64,000 nucleotides of DNA from Octopus sinensis (Eukaryota): assembly GCF_006345805.1 (NCBI RefSeq), contig NC_043011.1, positions 58,602,464-58,666,463 on the forward strand. Direction: 5' to 3'. Positions 52,261 to 64,000 of the stretch are shown piece by piece (within the stretch, counting starts at the first letter, position 1; each line of letters opens with the position of its first letter). The notes beneath the pieces were generated by a model. It saw nothing but the letters and a program-made list of their open reading frames with translations, was not told where the DNA came from and searched no databases. The position numbers and the translations under genes were made by a program.

Positions 52261-53854
52261 TATATACTATAATAAAGATTTCAAACTCTGTAACAAGGGG
52301 AGCAATTTCGGGGGATGTGTTATCTACGTCTGTTTCAACGACCGCAGTGCTCACATAGTACTGATTTTATTGGCTCCGTAAGTGCTGAAAGTGCAAAGTT
52401 AACAACGGTGGAATTTGAGCCCAGAGCATAAAGAAGGACGAAATGCCGTGGTGCACTTTCTCCAGTTTGCTAACGATTCTGCCTGCTCACTACCCGTATT
52501 ATATACTCTAACCACAAGATCACATATTTTCCAGTGCTACAGAAAGTAATCAAGATTTAACTGTGAATGACCGAAGATCGATTGTTAAAGATAATTCTTA
52601 CCTTGTTAAATGGTTGATACCGTGTTTTATTAATGTACATGAAATACGCTAATATAACCGATAACTCTATTGCGTGTAATATTAAGGGGAAATTTAAACC
52701 TCTCGTTGTCACATTAACTTACATTATTGACGCTCGTCTGCTCCCCCCAAATCCCTAATTATTAACAAATCTTAAATGAAATTACGATGTAAGCAAACAA
52801 TTCGATTAGTTCCATTCCAATACCTGTGATAAATTCACACAATGTGTAATAACTGTTCTACTGATCCTAACTTTAAATACAATCTACACGGTAACGTTTC
52901 AGAGAGCATAAAATGAATTAAGTATTGTACAGCGTTCATTATGCGTCCGATCAGAATTAAGCCTTTCATTCATCATAAAATACGTGCTGCGGCCATTTTC
53001 TAAATTATTTCCTCAATCTCTTCCTTAAATGAAACTGCAGTGAGAATATTATACAAGTGTTCGACACTCTTCACCAGATACTCTATTTGAAGCTTTCAAG
53101 TTTTCAATCATTGCACGGCGGCCATCCTGGAGCACCGCATTATATGGTTCGTCGAATATATATTTTAAATCTGTTGTTTATGCTATCAGTGCTTCTTTTT
53201 GAGAAACCGCGAAATTTTGGAGATGTAAGTAAATACATTCTATCGACCATCGATCTGTGATACATTTTTCAAGCAGTCAACGTTTAACTTGCCTAGGATA
53301 CATACCTCAAGCTGACAATATAAATAAACATTCTCGACAGCATCTCTAAAGTGAAAATCCAGATTTCACGATGTGTTCAATAAAACTCGACCGTTAGAGA
53401 AAGAAATCCTAATACTGTTTTCAAATTTTACTCCAGGGACAGCCATTCGGTGGAAGGAGTAAAACGATTACATTGACTGGTACTTATTCCATCGACCCTC
53501 AATTAATAGAAAGGTAGAATTTAAAATCAGAACCTAGAGACAGAAAAAGTATCGATAATCATAAACAATTTACGTCGAGCTGTATAGAAAAGAAACAAAA
53601 AGGCACGAGCATAAATACGCACACACATGTACACACAGACACACACGCACGCGGCGCGCACATACGCTAACACATACACACACATGCACACACACATTAT
53701 TATATACTGTAATAAAGATTTCAAACTCTGTAACAAGGGGAGCAATTTCGGGGGATGTGATATCTACGTCTGTTTCAACGACAGCAGTGCTCACATAGTA
53801 CTGATTTTATTGGCCCCGTAAGTGCTGAAAGTGCAAAGTTAACAACGGTGGAAT
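52261..53854 (+). repeat. 154-bp dispersed direct repeat (52261-52414 and 53701-53854)
   Basis: 4 mismatches; includes part of an old SINE-C relic plus its flank. Confidence 0.95.
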
Positions 53855-55046
53855 CTTGTTGTCAAGATTCCTTCATTTAAATAAGCGAACGTGAAATTAG
53901 TGTTTGTTGTCGCAGGTGAATTCTGCGTAAGATTGGGGAGATTGTTCTTTATTGCATTCTCTTCCACTTCCGATTAAAACTCGTATTCTATGACGGTTGA
54001 AATAATCCTGCTTCTTTTTCCATCTTTTTAAAATCACCACCAATCAATATTTAGCCATCGAATTCTAAATAGCATTCTGAAGATTGCAAACAGCAGATAT
54101 AGCTGCAAGCATGTCTCTCAGATGTAACAGCATTATAAATGCCGAAGTTTCCTCTAAAATGTATTCGAACACATTATCGTTTTCCAATAATCTTACCTAA
54201 CTACAGGCATTTAAAAAAAAGTAGTATAATTCCTTCCTGAACAGTTCACCACAGTTATCCATTTTTTAATATTTAGTTAGTTGTTGGTCTTCACGCCGCA
54301 ATAGACTGCAATGAAATATTTCCTAAACTTTGGGTCTCACTAAAGGCAACCGTAGAATAATTTTATGAGTCCATTTCTTTTAAGCTGACGAGTTTGTAGA
54401 ATCGTTAGCACGATAAGCAAAATGCTTATAGGAACTTTGACTGTTTTTACGTTCTGATTTTCTCTTCTGCCGAGGTTGATTTCACATTTCATAGATTGAG
54501 GGTCGATGGAATAAGTACCACTCGAATTGATATATTCGACTTACTCCTTGCACCGAAGTTGTTGTTCTGGGACTACAATTTGAAAACAATGTTAGGATTT
54601 TTTTTTCTCTAACGGTTGATTTTTTTGTAACCCGTCGTGAAATCAGAATTTCCATTCTAGAGATGCTGACGAAGATTTACGTTGTTAGCTTGAGATTTGT
54701 GTTCGAGGTACGTCAAACTTTGACTGTTTGAAAAACTTCTCACTAAAGACAGATCTTTCCTTGGTCGATAGAGCGTATTAGATATGGTACTGATATCACC
54801 CCCAAAATACTTCAGAAAAAAGTCATCCATGGGACAAATTTGGCAGTTTGTAGCATGATCTGCTAATTTTCGTTGCTGTTGTCTAGTAGCAAATTGTTCG
54901 TTGTTTCATTAATACAGCCATCACCTGTTATATTTAAATATATATTCTATATATTTGTTAGATCATGCAACTAATTCTATACGAGCATGGAATTTCTTCC
55001 TTGGATGTCATTATGTGGCGCCGTTGGGCGATTATCTACAGAATAC

Positions 55047-55495
55047 CATGTGGCAAGATTTTAGCTTCCGAGTTCAGTCCTGCTCCATGGCGCTTTGAGC
55101 ATTTCTCTTCTACTATAACCTTGGTCCGGCCAAAGTGTGGATTTGCTTGACGTAAACTGAAAGAAGCCGTATGTATGTATGTATGTATGTATGTATGTAT
55201 GTATGTATGTATGTATGTATGTATGTATGTATGTATGTGAGTGTGCTTCTGTGAGTAGTGTATGTTTATGTGTGTGTGTGTGTCTTTGTGTCTGTGTTTA
55301 CCTACCATATTTTGACAACCAGTGTTGGAGAATTTCCATCCCCTTAACCAATCAGTTCGGTATAAGAGACCGATAGAATAAGTACGATGTTTTAAAATAA
55401 AATAAGTACAGAGGTGTATCCGTTCGACTACAATACTACAAGGTGGTGCACCTCTAAAGCCTCAATGTAATCACTGAAACAATAACAGATTAAAC
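55047..55495 (+). mobile_element. Diverged SINE family A copy with internal (GTAT)n expansion
   Basis: Degenerate head and tail; (GTAT)n at 55170-55237. Confidence 0.75.
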
Positions 55496-55949
55496 AACGA
55501 TAAAAGATACTCTAGTTCTGTTGTTTTCTCTTCAACGTTTTGTTATCCTTAAGACTCAGGAATGTTGAAAAGAACAAACAAAAAGAAAACAGGAAACAAA
55601 AAGCAATTCAAATTATTTTACGAATACATTTTGCAAAGTTATATGCTTGTTCCAGCTTCCATAATATTAATAGCACGTGATATACGTATTGTAAAACTTG
55701 TTTACAAAATTCTGCAAGAGGATTTCTCAAGATAGTAACTTATCGATATCACCTGTTTCTATTTTTGTCTTCTTCTTGAAGCAAATCTTTATATGGCAAC
55801 GCAAAAGGCCTCCGGCTTCTTTTCTCAAGCCCCATACTGTACACATAAGCTACTGGCATTCATTCTCCGTTTATCCCCTTGACATCGTTTATACATACCT
55901 TAAAATATTCGCTTATTCGTTAATTTGCATTTAAATGTCGGCGATTTTC

Positions 55950-57150
55950 TACTGTTCTATCCGTCTGTAAATTATTGATGATTTCTCGATTTCTCAGATC
56001 CTCTTTGCATGAATCAAAGGTAATGTTTAATATATTCAGCTAATATTTTATGGAATCCTGGAAATCATAATGCGTGTGTCCGTGGTCTTCCTTAAAATAT
56101 ATAACGAACTTCCAGTTGAAGACATTTCATTCTTCAGTATTGATTGTTCCCCCTACCTTGCAAATCCCTGTCATTTCCCGCATACAAAGCGCATCTTTCA
56201 ACTTTTATATAGGTGACTTCTAAATACTGCCTGAACAATTTTTTTCTTCTCAATAGATAACAATCAATTTACGCCCGATCGACAGTCGAAAATTCCAAGT
56301 GTTGTCATATATCTCCTGTTATGAATATTTCTGTTTTACTCTGTTGAATTCCGTCTCACCCAATCTCACCGTGAGCAAAATGAGGGGAATAAGCAATTAG
56401 ATGCAAATGGAAACTCTGGCGAGTACCATTTATTATCGATCAATTACGATATCCGTATTCTCTGAAAGAACTAAGCTTTTAGCAATAAATAGAGGCAATT
56501 TCATTCTTTATTGAAATATTCTATCACATAATGCCTTACTTTCTTGTGAAATAAAATTCTTTAACGACGAGGAACATTGCCCAGGATTGCTTTTGCTTCT
56601 GCTTCCAACTCCAATGAACACATTCAGAAACATCTCAACTCCAGGATTAAATCGATAAATGATATTCATTATATTTACTAAACATTGAACATTTTAAGGA
56701 GTGTTCACCCGGTGTTTTGACGATTTGTTAAGCTCTGTAATGTATCAATATCCAAAGTGTTGCGTTTCATGTTCAAGCCACAGTGCAAAATTTGTATAGC
56801 ACGTGTGTCCTTCTAACTGCATTACTAAAGTCCTTCTCCCTCTCATGTATATATCTCCATTCTTAGGGAAATAAATGGGAAATAGTTGTTGCTCTCTTTA
56901 TTCTTTTAACGTCATATCGATTCTGCCATATTTTTCTGGGAAAATCTTAGTTTTTCTGGATAAGTTTATGGTTCGTAAAGCATATATTTTTACGTTCTGG
57001 CATTAATTCAAAGATTCCTTTTTATGTTTAAAGGCTTCGAAGCAATTACATCCAGATTTCACGTCTCTGTTGTTGTAAGGTTCATCGATGTGATTTCAGT
57101 TTCCTTTTCGTTCTCTTTCATTCGTATTGTCTCTTCTTCCTTAAAATAGC
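55950..57150 (-). mobile_element. Possible ancient LINE reverse-transcriptase relic
   Basis: Scattered fragments IPIYFPKNGD (domain 1-like), NGTRQS..SP (GVRQG-like) and LYAGND (YADD-like) in the expected order; many stops. Confidence 0.4.
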
Positions 57151-57391
57151 GCCCTCCTCTGTTATAAATACTCTTTGCAATCTCATTCATTCATATTTTC
57201 TCTTCTTTTATGATGCTTCACTCGTGTTCATTCCAGTAAATCACTTCTTATGTGTTTGTCTTATCAGTCCCCTCATATTCTCAAAGTCGCTTTTGTTAGC
57301 ACATGTCTTTGAACGCTGCCCCAAAAATATGATATATTCAAACACCTTTCAGTCGCCGACAAGAATTATGTTGCCTAAGGTGTATGCAGAG

Positions 57392-57452
<61 letters not shown>

Positions 57453-57735
57453 GTTCAATGAAAAAAATATATATAAGAGAAAACAGAAACAAGAGAGGAA
57501 GAAATTATGATCTCCGCGCATCCTCCTTACTCATTAATCAAATCACAAAATACACTTTCAGTAAATGATTCACACAGCTGTCTACTATATTTTAGAGAGT
57601 ATTACACTTCGTATTAAAACAATAACGTATATATATATATATATATAATATATATATATATCACCACGTTGATTCGCTAGCTTCTACACGCATTTTTTTC
57701 TCTCCTTGTTTCTCTCCGTGTTTCTTTTCTGTGTA

Positions 57736-57773
57736 TCTTTCTGTTGAAGAGCGTAGGCTCGAAACGTAAAAGA
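57736..57773 (+). ncRNA. Minimal hammerhead-like motif, A6U core (copies at 58508-58545 plus strand and 59054-59091 minus strand)
   Basis: TCTTT-CTGTTGA-A-GAGC(GTAG)GCTC-GAAA-CGT-A-AAAGA; the minus copy has CTGTAGA. Confidence 0.65.
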
Positions 57774-57926
57774 CTTGTTTGATTTATATTCCTGAGCGCC
57801 ATACTAATGCAATTGTTTGTTTGTATTCCACCTGCCTTCGTCTTTTGTTTATTTTCATAAAACTTTCCGTTATATATATATATATATATATATATAGATA
57901 TATATATATATATATATATACTGAAA

Positions 57927-57964
57927 GTGTTACTTAGAGTTTCACGTTCCAGTTCGTCGGGCAG
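57927..57964 (-). ncRNA. Degenerate hammerhead-like motif (copy at 58688-58725)
   Basis: AAAACTGC-CCGACGA-ACT(GGAA)CGT-GAAA-CTCTAAGT-A-ACACTTT; stems partly mismatched. Confidence 0.4.
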
Positions 57965-58117
57965 TTTTGTTTAGAATATATATATAATTGGTTCACAGGA
58001 GTTGGTCTACCGTAGTGTCTGGGTTCATCTTTTAACCCGGAGACGTTGGCAAGTTTCTATCCATAGCATCGGGTAAATCAAAACCTTTTAAGTGCATTTG
58101 GTAGAGTGAGATCGAAT

Positions 58118-58175
<58 letters not shown>

Positions 58176-58393
58176 ATATATATATATATATTTATATTAT
58201 ATATATATATATATATATTCGTTCAATGAAAAAATATATATAAGAGAAAACAGAAACAAGAGAGGAAGAAATTATGATCTCCGCGCATCCTCCTTACTCA
58301 TTAATCAAATCACAAAATACACTTTCAGTAAATGATTCACACAGCTGTCTACTATATTTTAGAGAGTATTACACTTCGTATTAAAACAATAAC

Positions 58394-58436
<43 letters not shown>

Positions 58437-58878
58437 CACGTTGATTCGCTAGCTTCTACACGCATTTTTTTCTCTCCTTGTTTCTCTCCGTGTTTCTTTT
58501 CTGTGTATCTTTCTGTTGAAGAGCGTAGGCTCGAAACGTAAAAGACTTGTTTGATTTATATTCCTGAGCGCCATACTAATGCAATTGTTTGTTTGTATTC
58601 CACCTGCCTTCGTCTTTTGTTTATTTTCATAAAACTTCCCGTTATATATATATATATATATATGATATATATATATATATACTGAAAGTGTTACTTAGAG
58701 TTTCACGTTCCAGTTCGTCGGGCAGTTTTGTTTAGAATATATATATAATTGGTTCACAGGAGTTGGTCTACCGTAGTGTCTGGTTCAATCTTTTAACCCG
58801 GAGACGTTGGCAAGTTTCTATCCATAGCATCGGGTAAATCAAAACCTTTTAAGTGCATTTGGTAGAGTGAGATCGAAT

Positions 58879-58927
<49 letters not shown>

Positions 58928-58964
58928 TATATAATATATATATATATTTATATATATATATATA

Positions 58965-59191
58965 GGGAGAGTTTACGATAAAAACAAAAGGCGAAGACAG
59001 GTGGTATACAAAACAAACAGATGTATTAGTATAACGCTCAGGAATAGAAAAAGTCTTTTACGTTTCGAGCCTACGCTCTTCTACAGAAAGAGATACAGAA
59101 AAAAAAACAAGGAGAGAAACAAGGAGAGAAAACAAGGAGAGGAACACGGAGAGAGAAAAAAATGTGTGTAGTGGCTAACGACCTATCGTGG
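58965..59191 (-). mobile_element. Inverted, diverged copy of the Penelope-like repeat at 57660-57870 / 58424-58642
   Basis: Reverse-complement alignment across ~220 bp; extra copies of the AAACAAGGAGAG 12-mer. Confidence 0.9.
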
Positions 59192-59371
59192 CATAGGTTT
59201 TTGTGTGCGTTTCTGTCCGATAAAATAAGCACAAGGCTTAAGATCATAAACACTGAGGTGGATTCATTTATTAACGATTCCTGTAGGTGTGTGTGTGTGT
59301 ATATATGTGTGTATATATATTTACATGCGCACGGTTGCTTGTGATTCTCTGTTCATCTAGTGTTCTTTCTG

Positions 59372-59411
<40 letters not shown>

Positions 59412-60789
59412 TCTCTCTCTCTTACTTTGCGGAGGATAACACCTCGCAATTTAATTGTTAGCTTCATTTAACTGCCGCATAAATAGTTTGGTCAAAGAAA
59501 CGAACTTAGATAAAGAAAGAGAATGCAAGGCCATCAAGTGAAAGTGTAAAAGCTTGAACGAATAAGAAGAATGATATCAAACAAGATACAAATAGTAGCT
59601 AAGTTTCCCTATTTCAAGTGATTCATTATCATTGTTGATGCCGTCGCCAAATGTGATGCGAACGTAAAACATAATCTTTATACAGAGAAAACCAAAAAAA
59701 AAAAAAAAATTGCACAGAATCAAAGAAGATAATAATTCCAAGTAGCCGCGATTGTAGCTACACATGATATATAAAGTCCTCTATCGCTACCAATTTCCTT
59801 GCGCCCCACCCACAAACAAACTGAAAAAAAATATCTAAGAACTTTTGTCTCCTTTGTGGCACGGGATTATAATCCGGCAAGTATTCCCGTGTGCGTCATA
59901 GGCACAAGATCCAAAGCAGGGAAGCTTCCAAGAGTGGTGAAATATAAGTGACACAAATGGATTAATGTAATAATATATGTATCTTAATTGCTATATATAC
60001 AACGTGAATGACAATTTTACTGCAGTGTTCAGATATTCTAGAGATAACACCTTTTATGGACGTGTTTTCATTAAAGACTCAACGTATTTAAGGGAGACAC
60101 AAATGCTCCCAGGAGAAAGGCACATGTTTTTCTTGTTCGTCGGGCATTGTCGATGATATGAACTCAAATCCCACAGCAAGCTTCGATGATAATTGCCTTT
60201 ACCGAATGATAGGAAAACAGTGGTTGTACGAAAAGCCCCCCTACAGAATAAAAGCCCTTTATATGCAACAGAAGTAGCATTAGATTCAAACATATACTTA
60301 TATATCACATTCCATGCAAACAATCGTAAAGGCAAATTTTCCGTGTCTAATAATTATTGGTCGTCAGCGTTTATTATACCAATATTAATTTCGATATTAC
60401 TTCTCAGGTGGAAGGCATCTGTCATATGCTTACGTTCAATTTCTCCATCATAAAGAATGTAAAATCTGATAAATTAATCTAGAAATAAATTAATATCTAG
60501 AATGTGATTATATTCGGTTCATACGCGATATTTATCATTTGCTGATGAGATACAAGACACAATTACGTGCCATTCCCGTCGAACTAATGCAAATTACATT
60601 AGTCATTAACAAATACTATCCATTGCTCATCAAATAATTCTAGTTGGCTGTTTTATGTTATGTGTTTTAAGCAAATTCGTTTCTAATGTTCACACTTGGC
60701 CCCAAGTGTGGAGGTGCTTCCCAATGTTTTGGCTGAATATGATCAGCTCTGAAAATCTCCCAGTTATTTCCTTCAAACCCTATATAACT

Positions 60790-61017
60790 ATTTCTTTACT
60801 ACCCACAAGGGGCTAAACACAGAAGGGACAAACAGAGACAGACAAACGAATTAGTCGATTACATATACCCCAGTGCGTAACTGGTACTTATATTTAATCG
60901 ACCCCGAAAGGATGAAAGGCAAAGTTGATCTCGGCGGAATTTGAACTCAGAACGTAACGGCAGACGAAATACGGCTACGCATTTCGCCCGGCGTGCAAAG
61001 TTTCTGCCAGCTGGCCG
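60790..61017 (-). mobile_element. SINE family C, full length
   Basis: Reverse-complement match. Confidence 0.95.
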
Positions 61018-61289
61018 TAATCCTTTCAAAACGAAATTCATTCAATGCAGTCAAAGCATTCAATGAAAAGTACATTACGATTAGAATAATGTTGTTATAT
61101 TTATTTGCGGAAAGGGGCCAAGCCAATAAACTGCTTTATCCATCTCAAAAGGAATCTTTAGTTCTTCATCAAACAGAAAGCCAGGCAAATTCTTGGAACT
61201 AATATTCAGTTTAAAATATCTCTTTTTCACTAAGAACCTGCTCCTGATCTTGGTTTCAAAGAACAGGAATTTCAGGGACGGGGATGGGT

Positions 61290-61680
61290 ACGTGAATTTT
61301 ATCAACCCTAGTGTTGAACTGGTACTAATTTATCGACACCGAAATGATTAATGGCAAAATCTACCACGGCGGAATTTTGAAGTCAGAACATAAGGATGGA
61401 CGAAATGTCACTCAACGTTTGGCCTGGCAGCTACCAACTCTGCTAGCTCACACCATTAAAATTGGTTTCAAATTTTGACACAAGGCCAGCAATTTTGCGT
61501 TACGGTGTAAGGCGATTCTATTGAGCATAATGCTCAGCTGGAATTTATGTTATCGACTCCGAACGGATGAAAGGAACAATCGGCCTCGGCGGAATTTGAT
61601 CTCGGAACGTAAAGACGGACGAAATGCTGGTAAGTATATAGCTCAGAGTGCTAACCTCTTCTATCCGCTTGCCGTCTATG
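61290..61680 (-). mobile_element. Two adjacent diverged SINE family C relics
   Basis: Degenerate ..TCGAC..CGAA.GGATGAAAGG..CTCGGCGGAATTTGA segments; similar relics lie at 1400-1490, 1730-1940, 8490-8720, 11110-11215, 26990-27140, 52300-52500, 53440-53580, 54390-54590 and 63905-64000. Confidence 0.75.
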
Positions 61681-62195
61681 TGCATCAAATATCTCAGAAT
61701 AAAATTGATTCTATATAATTTAGAAAATTCCCCACCTCAGAGTAATCCTTTCCTTTGGTCACTGTCCCAGTGATGTGTAGCATTCTGGAAAATTCAATCA
61801 ATATACGTGGTAAGACGCAACTATCTCCATGGGATTTTTTTAAAAATGTTATTGAATGTAAAAAGCGATCACATCAATTTTTTAATCAACTGGTCCTTCT
61901 TTATGCAGGTTTACATATCAATATAATGTAAGTATCTCCTCCTCATACATCCTTATTTATTTTAATGAAACCTGTAGGTAAAGTTAAACTTTCCTAAGTA
62001 GAATTTGATCTGAAGACACAGGTAATGTTGCTTTTAATTGATATCGTTATTTCGTCCCAACAGTTTTCCAACAACGTCTGTAAAACGATAGAAGACACAA
62101 CTTGGGCATGCAGAAAAGGTCCTGTATTTGTGTAAGACAAAATACAGGAGGCTCAGTTGATTATGAATTTATTCAACATATACAAATTTCAGATT

Positions 62196-62369
62196 TTAGC
62201 ACGCCGGGCGAAATGCGTAGCCGTATTTCGCCTGCCGTTACGTTCTGAGTTCAAATTCCGATAAATTAAGTACCAGTTATACACTGGTTTCAATCTAATC
62301 GACTTAATCCGTTTGTCTGTCCTTGTTTGTCCCCTCTATGTTTAGCCCCATGTGGGTAGTAAAGAAATA
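62196..62369 (+). mobile_element. SINE family C, 5'-truncated with internal deletion
   Basis: 19-bp TSD CATATACA(A/T)ATTTCAGATT at 62177-62195/62370-62388. Confidence 0.9.
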
Positions 62370-62615
62370 CATATACATATTTCAGATTCACACAGATTGG
62401 TCCTACATTTTCTTTTAAGCCCTGTAAAGGAATTCAGAAGTTTAAGCATCCAGTCAGGCCTTTCGTACAACTAATATTTTCATTTGATTAATAAATATCA
62501 TATTCTTCATAGTTCTCTAAGTATTTATTAGCTTCTATAATGTTATTGCTCTTGTCTGTACCCTGTATGTTTAGCCTCCTGTGGGCAATAAAGAAATCAA
62601 TATTATTAAGGATAG

Positions 62616-62820
62616 TGGCGGTGAACTGGCAGAATCGTTAGCACACCTGACGAAATGCTTTGCAGCATTTCGTCTGTCTTTACGTTCTGAGTTCAAATTC
62701 CATCGAGGTCGACATTGCTTTTCGGCATAGATAAATTAAATACCCCTTGCGTGCTGCAGACGATCTAATCAACTGCCCCTCTCTCCACAAAATTTCGGGT
62801 CTTGTGCCTAGAGTAGAAAA
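62616..62820 (+). mobile_element. SINE family C variant with alternative tail
   Basis: GGCGGTGAACTGGCAGAATCGTTAGC head; tail similar to the 1730-1940 and 8490-8720 relics. Confidence 0.8.
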
Positions 62821-64000
62821 TAATATTATTACCCCTAGAATATAAGTGAAGTGAAATGTCTTACATTTGGGTGCAGACTTTTGCTTCCGAATCTGTTTTC
62901 GAGAAGAGGTTTTGTTCGATGGCAAAACGATGCAAGAAATGCATAATAAATGGTGTCTCTTTCACAGCTGTGTGCAATTGGGATGTTTACTGCATTTGCT
63001 TTGAGAGGTGAATCGAGTCTAACAGAGAATTGATACATGGTTGTAGTGTCTATCTTTTGTGAATGGAACCTAAAGAGATGCTTTGTTTATGAACAATGGT
63101 AATTCCTGGTCAATAGAAGACTGTTCAAATTACGAATGAAGTAATTAATAGTATTTTGAATATATAATCAGACGTTAAATCTCGCTTCTAAGTTTTATTT
63201 CCGCTGGCTGCACAAAGAACGAGTGGATATTAAACGATTGATTTCAAAATATAAAGTTCAAACTATTTGATTTTCTAAAACATTTATAAATAGTCTGAAT
63301 AATCTCATCTGTTAGCTAATTATCGACTCATAAATTTACTTTGTAATAACTTTAGAAACAGACTATTTTGTCAAATGTGTTTGCTTTGTTCAATAAATCA
63401 GTTTTTTTAGTTGCTGTTCTTTGTTCTCAATATTTACGTCAATAATATTTTTAAACGTCATCTTTATTATTTCATAATTTTATTATGTTGCACAATTCCA
63501 ATGATTTTAAGGTATGTGTATTTATTTTTCACAACAACTTCCGTTCCGAACGTCATCAAAGTGATGGTTCCATAAAGACGTATCAGCCAACCATATCGGA
63601 TATTTTTAGTAAATTTGAACTATAGCAGGCGAGCAGACACCATGTCTGCAGTGTGGCTATAAACAATATAGTTAACACTCAATGGCCCGCTACACACTTC
63701 TAGCTTGACTGTAAGAAGATACTAGAAAGTTGTATCTTTAACCGCTGTAAATATTAGCAGCACAGTAAAATCGATGAGTAATCTGTTGGGAGGCAGAGGT
63801 CAGATCATATCAGATAGTGTTGCCTCTACTCTTCCTTTTTAGAATCCCAAATCATGTTAGTCTTACCTCTGCCCCACAAGCAATATTACTGCCAAAACAA
63901 AGACGGGGAGCTGGCAGAATCGTTGCTGCACCGTAAAAAAAAAAAAAATCACATAACGACATTTCTTCCGACTTTACGTTCTGAGTTCAAATACCGCCGG

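Larger units (their letters stand above)
57451..58963 (+). repeat. Tandem duplication, ~768-bp unit (57451-58218 / 58219-58963) bounded by (AT)n
   Basis: Non-microsatellite parts nearly identical (differences at AACTTTCCG/AACTTCCCG and GGGTTCATC/GGTTCAATC); microsatellite lengths differ. Confidence 0.95.

Noticed and set aside
53880-54960. Possible RTE and Tc1 relics on the minus strand
   Set aside because: Only vague motif resemblance; cannot be supported without alignment.
60095-60280. KCSQEKGTCFSCSSG EGF/laminin-like motif
   Set aside because: Only three cysteines, no usable donor, and the frame closes; likely chance.

Overview
AT-rich, microsatellite-saturated eukaryotic DNA. Its tRNA-derived SINE families look like those I recall from octopus genomes (recognised from memory, not by database search). 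No complete protein-coding gene is visible; almost all listed ORFs are (AT)n/(ATC)n artefacts. The supportable content is: more than 25 SINE copies from three modular families, several with clear target-site duplications; decayed LINEs (R4/Dong-type RT-RLE 3' end, RTE 3' ends); decayed Tc1/mariner elements; one GC-rich island (about 12815-13270) that may be the last exon of a small minus-strand gene encoding a Cys-rich protein; and an unusually dense set of foldback (inverted-repeat) elements next to (AT)n tracts. The most striking result is that several foldback or repeat families carry hand-foldable minimal type I hammerhead ribozyme motifs of the Penelope-like-element type, with a palindromic stem III and usually one extra nucleotide after A9. 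Different families use all of C3-G8, U3-A8 and G3-C8 at the covarying 3:8 tertiary pair, and there are family-level U4C and A6U core variants. These folds were made by eye; no ribozyme activity has been shown.
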